In this document: positions 1-10,184 of the stretch, in pieces | How the letters are laid out: the number at the start of each line of letters is the position of its first letter | Numbering within the stretch: position 1 is the stretch's first letter | Virus record (IMG/VR): IMGVR_UViG_3300034101_004588 | Span: 124,001 to 188,000 of that record | DNA length: 64,000 nt | Reading direction: 5' to 3' (one strand) | Notes under the pieces: model-generated | What the model saw: the letters and a program-made list of their open reading frames with translations, nothing else | Databases searched by the model: none | Told to the model about the DNA's origin: nothing | Translations under genes and position numbers: made by a program

Positions 1-81
1 TTGATTAGTTGAGCGTATTTTTCTGCTAATGGGTCCATAATGTTTTGTATCTTGATATATTTATCCAATTAATGCCCACTT

Positions 82-885
82 TCAATAATTTTTATTTAAA
101 AGCTCTTCAGCTTCTCTTTTAACATTAAGGGTTTCTAACATCTGAAAATCGTTTTTATCTCCTATCCATACAATATGAGTATTATCAACGTCAAAACCTG
201 TATTTTTTTCTATTATCAAACGGTATATCCAAAGTTGTAGGCTATATTTAATATGATCACAATAAGGCAAATGAGATATAGGTTCTAAGAAATGCTCGTC
301 TCTGGGATTATTTTTTAAAATGGATTTATTAGTCTTATAATCAAAAATTTCTAACTTTTTGGTTTTTCTGTTCAATGACAAATTATCTATCGTGCCGCAT
401 ATTAAATTTTTTGGATCTCCAACAACAAATTCGGATTTAATTAAAAAATAATTTTTCTTATACCATTTATAAAAATTTAAAAAGTTTTTAATAAGATGAG
501 CTACTTCAGTATAATATTGACTGGTCAAATCTAAACTATTATTATTTTTTAAAAAGGTTTGTAAAGCTTCTTTATCTAAAACGTTTTGTTTTCTTTCTAT
601 ATAATTTTCTGCAAAAAGGTGAAACTCTGAACCTTTATGAGAAGAATAATCTCGCTTAAAATCCCATAAAGCTAATACTTCATCAACTCTTAATCCATCC
701 CTTTCAGAAATTATTCCAGCCATTTTTTCTCGAGGAAATTCTGGTGAATGATTTTTTAATAAACCGGTAACTGAACATTTAGCGTCTTTATTACCTATTT
801 TGTAGGTATGATTTTTACTATAAAAAATTACGTCTTTAAAAGACTCTTCCAAAGTTATTAAATCTTCTACATTAAAACTTGACAT
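82..885 (-). CDS. PD-(D/E)XK nuclease, stand-alone Cas4-like exonuclease
   Basis: GTIDNL...FDYKTNK...YSLQL motifs typical of phage PD-(D/E)XK exonucleases. Confidence 0.8.
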   Translation of the reverse strand: MSSFNVEDLITLEESFKDVIFYSKNHTYKIGNKDAKCSVTGLLKNHSPEFPREKMAGIISERDGLRVDEVLALWDFKRDYSSHKGSEFHLFAENYIERKQNVLDKEALQTFLKNNNSLDLTSQYYTEVAHLIKNFLNFYKWYKKNYFLIKSEFVVGDPKNLICGTIDNLSLNRKTKKLEIFDYKTNKSILKNNPRDEHFLEPISHLPYCDHIKYSLQLWIYRLIIEKNTGFDVDNTHIVWIGDKNDFQMLETLNVKREAEELLNKNY

Positions 886-1484
886 TAAAGATATCTTACT
901 ACAAAATTTTGTAGTTTTCCAGTAAATTGATGAATTTTATATACGAATTTGTAAATTATATTGCGCCTAATATAACGAACAATTTTAGTGTTTAAAAAAT
1001 ATTTGTTATACCAAAGCTTTGACTGCTCTTCGTATTTTTTAAAAATTTCTTGAGTTCTATGGTAATGTTCTGTAGTATCTTCTATACTTTGGTCGATCAA
1101 TTCCATAGAAGACAATTTACCATCTATAAATTTAGCTTCGTAATCTAAATTAATTGTAGTTTCTTTAACATTATTTTTTTCATCTTTTGAATGTATTACT
1201 TCATAGAAATAAAAAACTATTTTACCATGAAAGTTTTCGTTAATATTTTCTGAGCTGGTTTCTTTTAAATACCCTTTAAGAAACATTTCATCATTATCTT
1301 CCCATTCATACGTACATTTTTTTCTTAATAGATCTCCATCTTCTGTAATGGTATAAACTTTCATCAAATTTTCTAAAGATTTGGTTTGGAGTTCCAATTC
1401 ATAGACATCAAAGACTCCTAAGTCTAAAATGTCTTTGGTCACTGGCAACGGGTGGTTGCAAATTATATTATCAAACATTCCCAT
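885..1484 (-). CDS. hypothetical protein
   Basis: 199-aa ORF abutting neighbours; no motif recognised. Confidence 0.6.
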   Translation of the reverse strand: MGMFDNIICNHPLPVTKDILDLGVFDVYELELQTKSLENLMKVYTITEDGDLLRKKCTYEWEDNDEMFLKGYLKETSSENINENFHGKIVFYFYEVIHSKDEKNNVKETTINLDYEAKFIDGKLSSMELIDQSIEDTTEHYHRTQEIFKKYEEQSKLWYNKYFLNTKIVRYIRRNIIYKFVYKIHQFTGKLQNFVVRYL

Positions 1485-1755
1485 ATTTTAAAGCTTCCTC
1501 TATAAGATTTACAATGATATCATTCACAGTTTTATTTTTTTCTAAAGACTCTTCAACTAAAAATTCAAAAATTTGTTTAGGCCATGAAGACGTATCTAGA
1601 TCAATGGTTACCCAAGGTTTAATAACAATATTTTTATTTTCATCAACATCTATTGATAATTTTTGTTGAGGTTTCCAACCCAGTTCTTGTATTTCTTCTT
1701 CTGAAAATTCTATATACAATTCTTTTTTTTCTTTAACTGTTTTGTATTTTTGCAT
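1471..1755 (-). CDS. AbrB/SpoVT-like DNA-binding protein
   Basis: LYIEFSEEEIQELGWKPQQKLSIDVDENKNIVIKP resembles the AbrB fold; RHH-like C-terminus. Confidence 0.5.
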   Translation of the reverse strand: MQKYKTVKEKKELYIEFSEEEIQELGWKPQQKLSIDVDENKNIVIKPWVTIDLDTSSWPKQIFEFLVEESLEKNKTVNDIIVNLIEEALKYGNV

Positions 1756-1806
1756 TTTTTAAAGATAAATTGTTTTTTTAACTTATCAACAGTTTTTTAA
1801 ATGTTT

Positions 1807-2397
1807 TTAGGTTTTACTGTTGTTTTCATTATATAATTTTAAATATTTTGAATCTTTGTTGTAATATTCTTTTAAAGATAAAAATTTATCTGGAAGTTGT
1901 TTGTAAATTTCTGGTTTGTTGTAAGGAAACGGATACCATTTTTTATCTCTATAAGTTGCCCAATAAGATAATAAATAAGCGTTTGCTTTTTGAATATATT
2001 CTTTAGAATCTATATTAAGTTTATATTTTTTTATTTTTTGGAGTGATCTTTTTTCACAGTCTAACTCTAATATAATGGTATCTTTAAATGATTTTTCTAC
2101 TTTTTTAGATGAAAAATCTTTTCCTTTTAACCAATCATCAATTAATGTTATACCATCTTCACCTTCTTTCCAGAAAAGACTTTTTTTTGTAAATTGATCT
2201 AAATGACAAGATTCATGTATTAAAATTATTTGCCAATCTTTCTTTTTAATAGCTACTTTGAGATAAACTTCATCAAAATATCCGCTACATTTTATGCCGT
2301 CTGCCAAAACATGATCTTCAGGTACCAAATCAAAACCTATTTTATGTTTAATACAGGTTAAAATTGTATCTGATAAAAATTTTGAAAAATTATTCAT
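1807..2397 (-). CDS. putative zincin-like metalloprotease (HExxH)
   Basis: ILIHESCH motif, later ELDCE. Confidence 0.5.
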   Translation of the reverse strand: MNNFSKFLSDTILTCIKHKIGFDLVPEDHVLADGIKCSGYFDEVYLKVAIKKKDWQIILIHESCHLDQFTKKSLFWKEGEDGITLIDDWLKGKDFSSKKVEKSFKDTIILELDCEKRSLQKIKKYKLNIDSKEYIQKANAYLLSYWATYRDKKWYPFPYNKPEIYKQLPDKFLSLKEYYNKDSKYLKLYNENNSKT

Positions 2398-3259
2398 TGT
2401 TTTTAAATGTTTTAATATCTCTTTCTAAAGAATCTAAAGTATTTGGCATACTTAATCCTAAGGATTCTATTTTGTCTGTTGATAAAACACAATTGCTTCT
2501 CTTAGCTTTTGTTTTTAAATTTTCAGTTTTTATAAAATTCCATTCCTGATTTTGTAATTGATATTTTTTTAAAATGTCAATTACTTGTTCTGCTTTAATT
2601 GGTTGTGGATTGACTACATTGTATATACCATAGGGAATTTGATTGATCGGAAACTGCTCAATAAATTTACAAAAATCTTGCACAGATGTAACACTATTAG
2701 TTTCATTTATTAAATCTTTATATCTTAATAATTTAGTAAAATAGTTTTTAATAGATCTATCTGAATTAAAAGGAATTCTAATGCGTAAAGTATAAGCGTT
2801 ATAATCTTTTACCAATGTTTCAAAAAGATGTTTACATTTACTATAATAAGAAGAATCTTCCGAATAAAAACCAAAATTTGGAACATCTTCTTCTGTATAA
2901 TTTTTATTATACCCATTATATATACAACCTGAAGCAACCTGAATTACAGGAATACTAAGATGATGACAGGTTTTAACTACGTTTAAAGGGTATAATACAT
3001 TATATTCATAACATTTTTCTTTATTATCTTCACAGGCATCAACATTGGGTGATCCAGTATATCCAAAACAATTTATAACAGTTTTGATATTAGAAGTTTC
3101 ATTTGCTAAAAAATCTCTAAAAATTTCAGGATTTGCATAATCTAATTGATATCTAGAAAAAGCTTTATATTCTATTTTATTTTTCTCAAAATGATGAATT
3201 AATTGAGACCCAATATAACCTTTACCTAGTATAACTGTATACATTTTATTAATATACAT
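2390..3259 (-). CDS. NAD-dependent sugar epimerase/reductase, RmlD-like
   Basis: GKGYIG Rossmann motif, NCFGYTG.PNVDACE, YSKCK catalytic YxxxK. Confidence 0.8.
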   Translation of the reverse strand: MYINKMYTVILGKGYIGSQLIHHFEKNKIEYKAFSRYQLDYANPEIFRDFLANETSNIKTVINCFGYTGSPNVDACEDNKEKCYEYNVLYPLNVVKTCHHLSIPVIQVASGCIYNGYNKNYTEEDVPNFGFYSEDSSYYSKCKHLFETLVKDYNAYTLRIRIPFNSDRSIKNYFTKLLRYKDLINETNSVTSVQDFCKFIEQFPINQIPYGIYNVVNPQPIKAEQVIDILKKYQLQNQEWNFIKTENLKTKAKRSNCVLSTDKIESLGLSMPNTLDSLERDIKTFKNNE

Positions 3260-4281
3260 TAAATCAGCCTATAATCAACGGTTTGAAAAGATGTTAAATC
3301 TGTTCCACCCGCATAAGAAATTGCTGAAGTAAGATCTTGGTAAATCTCCTTAAGTTTTTGTTCGTAAGTCATACCATTCATTGGCATTGACAAAGTTATT
3401 CCTTCAATATTTTTCTTATTACCGTTCATAGATGAAGCAGAACCAAAGTAAAGTTTCTTAGTGGGATCTGTAGGATCAACCATAGCGGGGGAATCAATAC
3501 ACCGAGCAAACACAGAACCCGCCATAACCATATCAGCGCCGGCTACTAGAGCCTTAGCAATATCTCCGTTACAAGAAATACCTCCATCGGCAATAATAAA
3601 AGGTGCTGGCTTATCTTTAAGTTTAGAAACTGATTTCGGGCTATTGAGAGCTGAAGTAGGAGATTGTCGACATCTATTAATATCTAAAACTGTTGAAAAC
3701 ATAGGGGACGCAAATCCTGTCTTATTGTAAGTAATACAGGAAGCTCCACAAGCAATACCTACTTTAACAGCCTGTACATAAGGAGCCAAGCGAACATAAG
3801 CTTGGGTTGTAGCTATATTACCTCCAATAATAAACAAATTTGGGTTAAGAGTATTCTTATAAAAATTTAAATATCGAAGCATATTAATAGCTTCAGAATG
3901 GTCTCCATGAGCAACATCAACTGTAATAAAATCAACTCTAAGCTTTTCATCTACAATTCTAGCCATTAGTTCAATATCTCTTTTTTTAATACCAATTGAA
4001 ATAGAAATAAAGGGAAGAAGATCTTCACACTTATTCATTCTCCGCATCCAATTTAAAATCTCATCATACTCATAAAACCGATGCATAATGTAGAAGTATC
4101 CATTTTGTGCTAACCAAGTAGCTTTTGTCATGTCGATGCATGAAGCCATATTAGCTGGTACAACGGGAAGTCTAAAGGCAAACTCGCCAAGCTCGACAAA
4201 TGTATCTGCTTCTGTGCGTGATTTAAGTTCTGAATAATTCGGAATAAGATGAATGTCTTTATAATTTAGAGATTTAATCAT
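3259..4281 (-). CDS. guaC: GMP reductase
   Basis: PANMASC, DVAHG, KVGIACGASCIT, IIADGGI, GDIAKALVAGADMVMAGS motifs; no CBS domains. Confidence 0.9.
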   Translation of the reverse strand: MIKSLNYKDIHLIPNYSELKSRTEADTFVELGEFAFRLPVVPANMASCIDMTKATWLAQNGYFYIMHRFYEYDEILNWMRRMNKCEDLLPFISISIGIKKRDIELMARIVDEKLRVDFITVDVAHGDHSEAINMLRYLNFYKNTLNPNLFIIGGNIATTQAYVRLAPYVQAVKVGIACGASCITYNKTGFASPMFSTVLDINRCRQSPTSALNSPKSVSKLKDKPAPFIIADGGISCNGDIAKALVAGADMVMAGSVFARCIDSPAMVDPTDPTKKLYFGSASSMNGNKKNIEGITLSMPMNGMTYEQKLKEIYQDLTSAISYAGGTDLTSFQTVDYRLI

Positions 4282-4453
4282 GTTTGTTTTTTTCTGTATA
4301 TGAATTTTGTATTTCTGTGAAAAGTTCTTCTAATATTATTTTTCCGTTCTCTATTCCGTATTTAAAACTCTGAATACAAAATCCAGTAATTTCTCCAATT
4401 TTTAAAAAAGGGAATGCTATTAACAATTTTATTAGGTATCCTATTTGAGACAT
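4274..4453 (-). CDS. small hypothetical protein (59 aa, not in ORF track)
   Basis: MSQIGYLIK...KNKHD* fills the gap and overlaps the guaC start. Confidence 0.4.
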   Translation of the reverse strand: MSQIGYLIKLLIAFPFLKIGEITGFCIQSFKYGIENGKIILEELFTEIQNSYTEKNKHD

Positions 4454-4454
4454 A

Positions 4455-4988
4455 CTAAAAATTTTCTAATTCTTCTTCATCCGGATCAAAACCGAAACGC
4501 TTAATTGCTTCTTCTTTACAAAGTGTTACACACCAACCTTTAGAATAAAGCTTACCGGGCTTTCCGGTTACTTCACAGGTCTTAGATGAAAGGTATTCAC
4601 AGAAGTCAATAGCACTTTCAACTACATCAGAATATCTGCTTATGTATTTGTCTAGATCTTCCGTATTTTTAAGTTGAGGAACAAATTCTTCATAATTTAA
4701 TTCATCAAAATGCCAGTAAACTCGAAGAGTTCCGTACTTTTCTTTAATTTGATCAAAGACAACATCAGGACAATGAAAGTCTATGCATTTATCGTCTTTT
4801 TTCATAAGAAAGTAAGAGCGATTTTTTTGAAGGTTTATAATAAATCCACAGAGATTATCAAGAATATCAAACCATCCGTCTCCGCATTCACAACCAAAAC
4901 AAATTAAAGTTTCTTTTGGCGACTTATTTACATTTTTAAAAAGTTTAGGATACTTTTCAATTAATTTATGTTCTAATTCCGGTGACAT
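4455..4988 (-). CDS. phage hypothetical protein
   Basis: FGCECGDGW...QIKEKYGTLR...TCEVTGKPG, a motif pattern recalled from other large phages. Confidence 0.6.
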   Translation of the reverse strand: MSPELEHKLIEKYPKLFKNVNKSPKETLICFGCECGDGWFDILDNLCGFIINLQKNRSYFLMKKDDKCIDFHCPDVVFDQIKEKYGTLRVYWHFDELNYEEFVPQLKNTEDLDKYISRYSDVVESAIDFCEYLSSKTCEVTGKPGKLYSKGWCVTLCKEEAIKRFGFDPDEEELENF

Positions 4989-4989
4989 A

Positions 4990-5199
4990 TTAGTTGCGAG
5001 ATATTAAAAGTGCTAAATGACTCTGTTCTCCAGTCCCTTCTTCATATTTGCCATAATACCAAGCAGGATCTGAGCAAGGTTTGATAAATTTTTGATGAAT
5101 ATGACCAATAGAATCATAACCATCTTCATAACCATCCACAACAACTTCTATGTCTGGATTAATATGTGAAAGATATTCTGTAAGCTCTTTAACTGTCAT
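4990..5199 (-). CDS. hypothetical protein
   Basis: tightly packed ORF. Confidence 0.55.
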   Translation of the reverse strand: MTVKELTEYLSHINPDIEVVVDGYEDGYDSIGHIHQKFIKPCSDPAWYYGKYEEGTGEQSHLALLISRN

Positions 5200-5202
5200 G
5201 TC

Positions 5203-6045
5203 TTAAAGTCCTTCATAATTTGATAAATTTGAGACCTGAGAAGAAAGTTTATAATTTAGTTGTTCTTCTGGAATATGTTTTGTAGTCATCATACCATCTA
5301 TGATTATACCATAATCTTTCTCAGTGTCAAGGTTCCAACATTCTAAAGGAGTGTTCATATGAATACAATCTGGTTCTTTAATAGTAGTATGACCAACTAT
5401 TTGTTTTCCGGTTTCAATTATCGAATTAAATTCGGCTCGCCAATCACACCATATAACACCCCCAATTGGATGATTTCCTCCACGATGATAACCAGCTGCA
5501 GATATGATTTCATTGTGATTATATTCTAAATTTCTAAAATTTTTCCAAACATCCGGCAAAAGCTCATTTACAAAACGTTCCATAGTGTAACCATAAGGAA
5601 ACATACGAATTGAAATACCAGCATGAGATAAAGTCCATCCTTGAGTCTGATGAGCAAATTTGAAATGTTTAAAAAAGAAATCGTCTTTTAATCCTTTATC
5701 AAAAAAGGCATGGCGAAACTTTTTTGCTTTAGAGACTGTAAATCCGGAACAAAAATATTTTAAAGTTTTAGAAATGGGTTTATCACTAAAATTTTTGTTT
5801 TCATAAATATAGCTTAAATCATGATTGCCTATTAAAAAAACAAACTTGTCTTTATTAGGGTGTTCTAAAACAAGACTTTTTAAATATTCACAAGTGTTTT
5901 CAAATCCGGTGACCTTCGGAGGATCATAAAAGGAATCAAACCAGTCACCTAAAAAAACTACTTCATCATAAGAAGTTTCATTTTTTAATATTTTTTCTAC
6001 AGAATTCGTTCTTTGATGAACATCAGGAATTACTAAAGTTTTCAT
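5203..6045 (-). CDS. calcineurin-like metallophosphoesterase
   Basis: DVH, GDWFD, GNHD, HAG, GHT motifs. Confidence 0.85.
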   Translation of the reverse strand: MKTLVIPDVHQRTNSVEKILKNETSYDEVVFLGDWFDSFYDPPKVTGFENTCEYLKSLVLEHPNKDKFVFLIGNHDLSYIYENKNFSDKPISKTLKYFCSGFTVSKAKKFRHAFFDKGLKDDFFFKHFKFAHQTQGWTLSHAGISIRMFPYGYTMERFVNELLPDVWKNFRNLEYNHNEIISAAGYHRGGNHPIGGVIWCDWRAEFNSIIETGKQIVGHTTIKEPDCIHMNTPLECWNLDTEKDYGIIIDGMMTTKHIPEEQLNYKLSSQVSNLSNYEGL

Positions 6046-6265
6046 TAGATTGCTCTTCTTTATCTTGAGATATGAGTTGATTTCTTTCTTGGCTTTCTTG
6101 AATAACTGAAGTCATGTTTAATATAGCAGAATTAATGATAGCAGCAACTGCATTTACTACATTTTCTGCAGAATCATTTTCTGGTAAATTAAATTGGGTT
6201 TTCAAACATTCAATTGCTTTTTGACGGCAAATTTCTGCTGCTTCTTTTAGAGCTTGTGATGTCAT
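6023..6265 (-). CDS. hypothetical protein
   Basis: ORF overlapping neighbour. Confidence 0.5.
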   Translation of the reverse strand: MTSQALKEAAEICRQKAIECLKTQFNLPENDSAENVVNAVAAIINSAILNMTSVIQESQERNQLISQDKEEQSNENFSNS

Positions 6266-6295
6266 TTTTTAATTATATTTTATTTTATCTAAATA

Positions 6296-6706
6296 TCAAT
6301 AATTTTCTTTTATCCACCCTAAAACTGTTTTTTTATCTTTTTTAGCATAATAAAATTTATATTGCCCAAAATATTTTCGCATACCCATTTCATCCCATTT
6401 TCTTCTAGCCCAGTTATCTATCCAGTTTTCTATTCGAAATATTACAGAAGGGTGTATATCATTCGAAAGATGGAATTGTTTCCATATTTTATTTCTCATG
6501 CAATAAACATGCCCTAGTTCGTGAAAAACTGTACAAGCTGTGTCTTGAATTAATAAATTTTTATTAATGTAAATAATTTTTCCAGGCCTAACACATATTC
6601 CACTAGCATCTGTGTTGAATTTTTTAAAAATTACTTTAACTTTTTCTTTTTTACATATATTTCTTAAAATTTTTATAGTATCTTTTTTAGTTCTAATCAT
6701 GTCCAC
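6296..6706 (-). CDS. ImmA/IrrE-like HExxH metalloprotease domain protein
   Basis: IYINKNL...TVFHELGH. Confidence 0.55.
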   Translation of the reverse strand: MDMIRTKKDTIKILRNICKKEKVKVIFKKFNTDASGICVRPGKIIYINKNLLIQDTACTVFHELGHVYCMRNKIWKQFHLSNDIHPSVIFRIENWIDNWARRKWDEMGMRKYFGQYKFYYAKKDKKTVLGWIKENY

Positions 6707-7233
6707 AAAAATTCTCGATTTTTAACTAATTCATTGATAATTTTCGTATCTTTATCGAACATCAATTTTTCTAGTTCATCAACTTTACCGTATAATTCTT
6801 TGTATGAGGTTTTACTAGATGGATAGGTAGATACATCTGGATAAGCATTCTCTATGTCTTTTTCTATAAGAGGTCTTTCTGTTGTTATATAATGATAAGC
6901 AGATTCCAACCATTTTGCAAACTTTTTATGTTTTGCATCAGAATTCCAATCTATTAAACCGTCTTTATATTCGTCTTCATAAAAAGATTTAATAATTTCA
7001 AAATTAATTTGAATTAAAACATAATCTAAATCCATCCAATGTTTTGGGATAATTTTTCTTAATCTGCTATGTTGTGGTTTAAATAAGGTTTTAATTTTAA
7101 TTCGATAGAATTCTTTTAATTTATAGGGAATTAATCTTTTGATTTTTAATTTAAAATTAAAACATAGCAATGATAATTTGTTTTGTGGATTTACTTTATT
7201 AAATATATAATAAATCTCGTCTAATTTATTCAT
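6697..7233 (-). CDS. hypothetical protein
   Basis: 178-aa ORF. Confidence 0.55.
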   Translation of the reverse strand: MNKLDEIYYIFNKVNPQNKLSLLCFNFKLKIKRLIPYKLKEFYRIKIKTLFKPQHSRLRKIIPKHWMDLDYVLIQINFEIIKSFYEDEYKDGLIDWNSDAKHKKFAKWLESAYHYITTERPLIEKDIENAYPDVSTYPSSKTSYKELYGKVDELEKLMFDKDTKIINELVKNREFLWT

Positions 7234-7279
7234 AAAAGTATATTAGAACAAACAATTTTTAAATCAATAAATATTTTGT

Positions 7280-7699
7280 ATGAATTTTTTAGATTATATG
7301 GATTCAGATTACGAAGGAGCTGGTTACGTTTTTATAACCCCTAATAATAAAATATTAATGTTACAAAAAACCAATAAAAAATGGTCTTTTCCAGGAGGTC
7401 ATAGAGAACCTGGAGAAATACCAATAAAAACCGCAATGAGAGAAACCCAAGAAGAAATAGGATTTATGCCTAAAGGAGAAACGGTAAATTTTACCAAATA
7501 TATTAAAAAGGAAACTAATGGTAATTGCTATTCTTTTATAATGAAAGTTAAAGAACCTTTTGGAGTTTCACTATCTAACGAACATATAAATTTTAAGTGG
7601 GTTGCTTTTAAAGATATAGATTCTTTAAAATTATCTAAAGCAGTTTTAGATTTATGGCCTAACTTAAAACAAATTATTTCCGCTGAAATCCAATCCTAG
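7280..7699 (+). CDS. NUDIX hydrolase
   Basis: Nudix box GGHREPGEIPIKTAMRETQEEIG; upstream TAAATA. Confidence 0.9.
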   Translation: MNFLDYMDSDYEGAGYVFITPNNKILMLQKTNKKWSFPGGHREPGEIPIKTAMRETQEEIGFMPKGETVNFTKYIKKETNGNCYSFIMKVKEPFGVSLSNEHINFKWVAFKDIDSLKLSKAVLDLWPNLKQIISAEIQS

Positions 7700-8846
7700 G
7701 TTTTTCTGTTAATTTGTTTTTATTGCAGATTAATTGTTCGTCTTTTTTATAATTGTATATATCTGCCAATGTCATTTCTTTTTCTACTTCAATTTCTATG
7801 TTTAATTTAGCGGCCAATTTTTTAGCCAAAGTCTCATCTAAAGGTTTAAAGTAATATTCAGCTTTCAAGCGACCTTTTCGCAACAATGCTTCATCTATCT
7901 CTTGTTTATCGCAGTTATAGGTTACTATAACATTAAGCTTCATTACATCCCCTAAAATACCGTCTGTCATATTAAGAAGAGTTGAAACTAAAGAAGCTTC
8001 ATTGTTGGATTCTCTTTTCATTATAGCTTTTTCTGCATCTTCTAAGATTAAAACACAATTTTGTTTTTGTCTTAATAAATTCATAACCGTAGGGTTTGTT
8101 ATTTCATGGACTAATGATGTAGGAAAAAATATTACATCTTTTTTTAAAGCTGCTGCCAAATATTTTAAATAGGTAGTTTTTCCTGTACCAGGAGGTCCGT
8201 GAAACATATATAGCCCCGAGTAATTTGTATGTAAAGAATCTACTATTTTTTCATTTAATTCTATAAAATCGTCACCATAATTCAACCCCAAATCAAAGGT
8301 TTCTGGAAGAGTTATACCAAATTTAGAAAAGGTAAAATCTCCATATTCCTGATCTAACATATAAACGTTAGGTTCTGTATCTTCACATAAAAATTCTAAA
8401 AATTCTTCATCAATACTTTTATATCCACTTGGTGTATAAAAAGTCAAACTACATTTTTCTTTTAATTGAGTTTTAGTATTCTTTTCATTTTTGATATCTA
8501 CTATTATAAAATTGTCTTTATAAAAATAAGTGGCGTTTCTTTCAACATCATCAAATATATCATCAAAAAATGCTGTGTTTATATTTTCAGATTTAATAAT
8601 ATTTTTAGTTTCTTGGCGATGAAAAAGTTGACCATTTTTATTAAGTTTATTTAAAACTTTCTCAACTTTAAAAAAGTCTGTATACCTTTTAACTTGGGTT
8701 CCTAATCCTTCATATACATACCCTATCAGTATAGATAAACAAACTCTGCTACCGCTTTGATAAAATTGATCTAAAATTTTAGCATCAACTATATTTTTAG
8801 GTATTTTATAATAATTTTTTACATTTCCCATGGTTGTACAATCCAA
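7674..8846 (-). CDS. AAA+ ATPase (BCS1-like)
   Basis: Walker A GPPGTGKT, Walker B LILEDAE, LLNMTDG, ALLRKGR. Confidence 0.85.
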   Translation of the reverse strand: MDCTTMGNVKNYYKIPKNIVDAKILDQFYQSGSRVCLSILIGYVYEGLGTQVKRYTDFFKVEKVLNKLNKNGQLFHRQETKNIIKSENINTAFFDDIFDDVERNATYFYKDNFIIVDIKNEKNTKTQLKEKCSLTFYTPSGYKSIDEEFLEFLCEDTEPNVYMLDQEYGDFTFSKFGITLPETFDLGLNYGDDFIELNEKIVDSLHTNYSGLYMFHGPPGTGKTTYLKYLAAALKKDVIFFPTSLVHEITNPTVMNLLRQKQNCVLILEDAEKAIMKRESNNEASLVSTLLNMTDGILGDVMKLNVIVTYNCDKQEIDEALLRKGRLKAEYYFKPLDETLAKKLAAKLNIEIEVEKEMTLADIYNYKKDEQLICNKNKLTEKPRIGFQRK

Positions 8847-9289
8847 AAATTGCTATTGATTTCTTCTGCATAATAATCTGGTATAAAAGAAGAATGTGTT
8901 TTTTTAAAAACCGAGGCGGTTTGTACTCTTTCACACATAGATGTTTTTAATTTTTTAATAGTGTATTTAAAAGTTTCTCCTGTATCTGCAATGTCGTCAA
9001 CTATCAAAATATTGGCATCTTGTAAAATTTTATAATGTTCATCTAAAGATTGATATTCCTGAATCTTTGTTTGGTTATATTTATCATAAGATCTCAAACC
9101 CAAATTAAGACAAGTTACATCATAATGTTCTGCTAATATTACTCCGGGAATTAATCCACCTTTGCCAATAGCTATTATTATATTAGGTGTAACTTCAATT
9201 TTATTTTTTAAATTTTTAACTAAATTATCATAAGTTTCCCAATAATAATATTTTTTTTCTATTGTGCTATTTTCTGTCGTCATATTCAA
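8819..9289 (-). CDS. type I purine phosphoribosyltransferase (Gpt/Hpt-like)
   Basis: IGKGGLIP and PRPP loop ILIVDDIADTGET. Confidence 0.85.
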   Translation of the reverse strand: MNMTTENSTIEKKYYYWETYDNLVKNLKNKIEVTPNIIIAIGKGGLIPGVILAEHYDVTCLNLGLRSYDKYNQTKIQEYQSLDEHYKILQDANILIVDDIADTGETFKYTIKKLKTSMCERVQTASVFKKTHSSFIPDYYAEEINSNFWIVQPWEM

Positions 9290-9815
9290 TCTCTCCCATT
9301 TTTTGTTTATATGTTTCCAATTCTGATTTTCGGTGATTTAAAAAATTGTTTTGTTCTGATAAACTATAAGAATCTACATAACAGTCTGTATAACAATTAG
9401 GTGTTTCATATAATCTTATTTTTTGTAATTTAAGATGTTTGTTATTTAATAAATAGCTTATTGCTAAAAACATTTCTTTAGCAATATTTTCCACTGAAGG
9501 ATTGCAATAACCGTCAATTCCATTTAAAGACATAAACCATATTTTAGATTTAGTAGATTCGCAAGCCGAAATAACATGATGATCTTTCGGGTTCACTATG
9601 GTTCCGTGATCTAACATATCATCAATCCATTGACATCCTACTCTCTTGATTTCTTTAAAATCTATAGCATAACCAATACTTTCCATTTGGTCAAACTTAA
9701 ATTCCAATTCATAAAGATAGGTATGCCCGTGTAAATTAAAACATTTCATTCTCTCATTCATAACGCGATGAGCTGAATCGAAAGTTCCTTTACGTGTGAT
9801 AGTTTGATATGCCAT
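9267..9815 (-). CDS. queD: 6-carboxytetrahydropterin synthase QueD
   Basis: FDSAHR, CFNLHGH (CxxxHGH), IDFKEIK, LDH, NPSVENIA, LYETP. Confidence 0.85.
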   Translation of the reverse strand: MAYQTITRKGTFDSAHRVMNERMKCFNLHGHTYLYELEFKFDQMESIGYAIDFKEIKRVGCQWIDDMLDHGTIVNPKDHHVISACESTKSKIWFMSLNGIDGYCNPSVENIAKEMFLAISYLLNNKHLKLQKIRLYETPNCYTDCYVDSYSLSEQNNFLNHRKSELETYKQKMGEIEYDDRK

Positions 9816-9818
9816 AAT

Positions 9819-10145
9819 TTAATCTAAAGCCCAATTTTTAATCATTTTAAAACATTCTGGAGCTTTTTTCTCTGTTAATTTTCTTTCGTTTTTTTCTATT
9901 TCATAATACTCTATTATTTCACCGGTATGTTTATTTTCATTTTGATATTTTTCTATAAAAAAACTATCATAAATTTTATCTTCTATATCTTTCCACTTAT
10001 TTTCTAAAGCATCTTGAGCCGACCAAAGATTTGTGTAATATCCGAAAACCCGATGTTTATCTTTTAAACTTGAATAAGCAATAACATAATAAATATCATT
10101 TTTTAAATGTGGAATTTCGCCGGGTGCTACAGATGTTGGTCCCAT
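9819..10145 (-). CDS. hypothetical protein
   Basis: ORF in gene string. Confidence 0.5.
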   Translation of the reverse strand: MGPTSVAPGEIPHLKNDIYYVIAYSSLKDKHRVFGYYTNLWSAQDALENKWKDIEDKIYDSFFIEKYQNENKHTGEIIEYYEIEKNERKLTEKKAPECFKMIKNWALD

Positions 10146-10184
10146 ACTTTAATACATATTACAATAGTATTAAAAAGCAAAAAA

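Noticed and set aside
82-885. Cas4-like gene as part of a CRISPR-Cas system
   Set aside because: No other cas genes or array in the window; stand-alone PD-(D/E)XK nucleases are common in phages.
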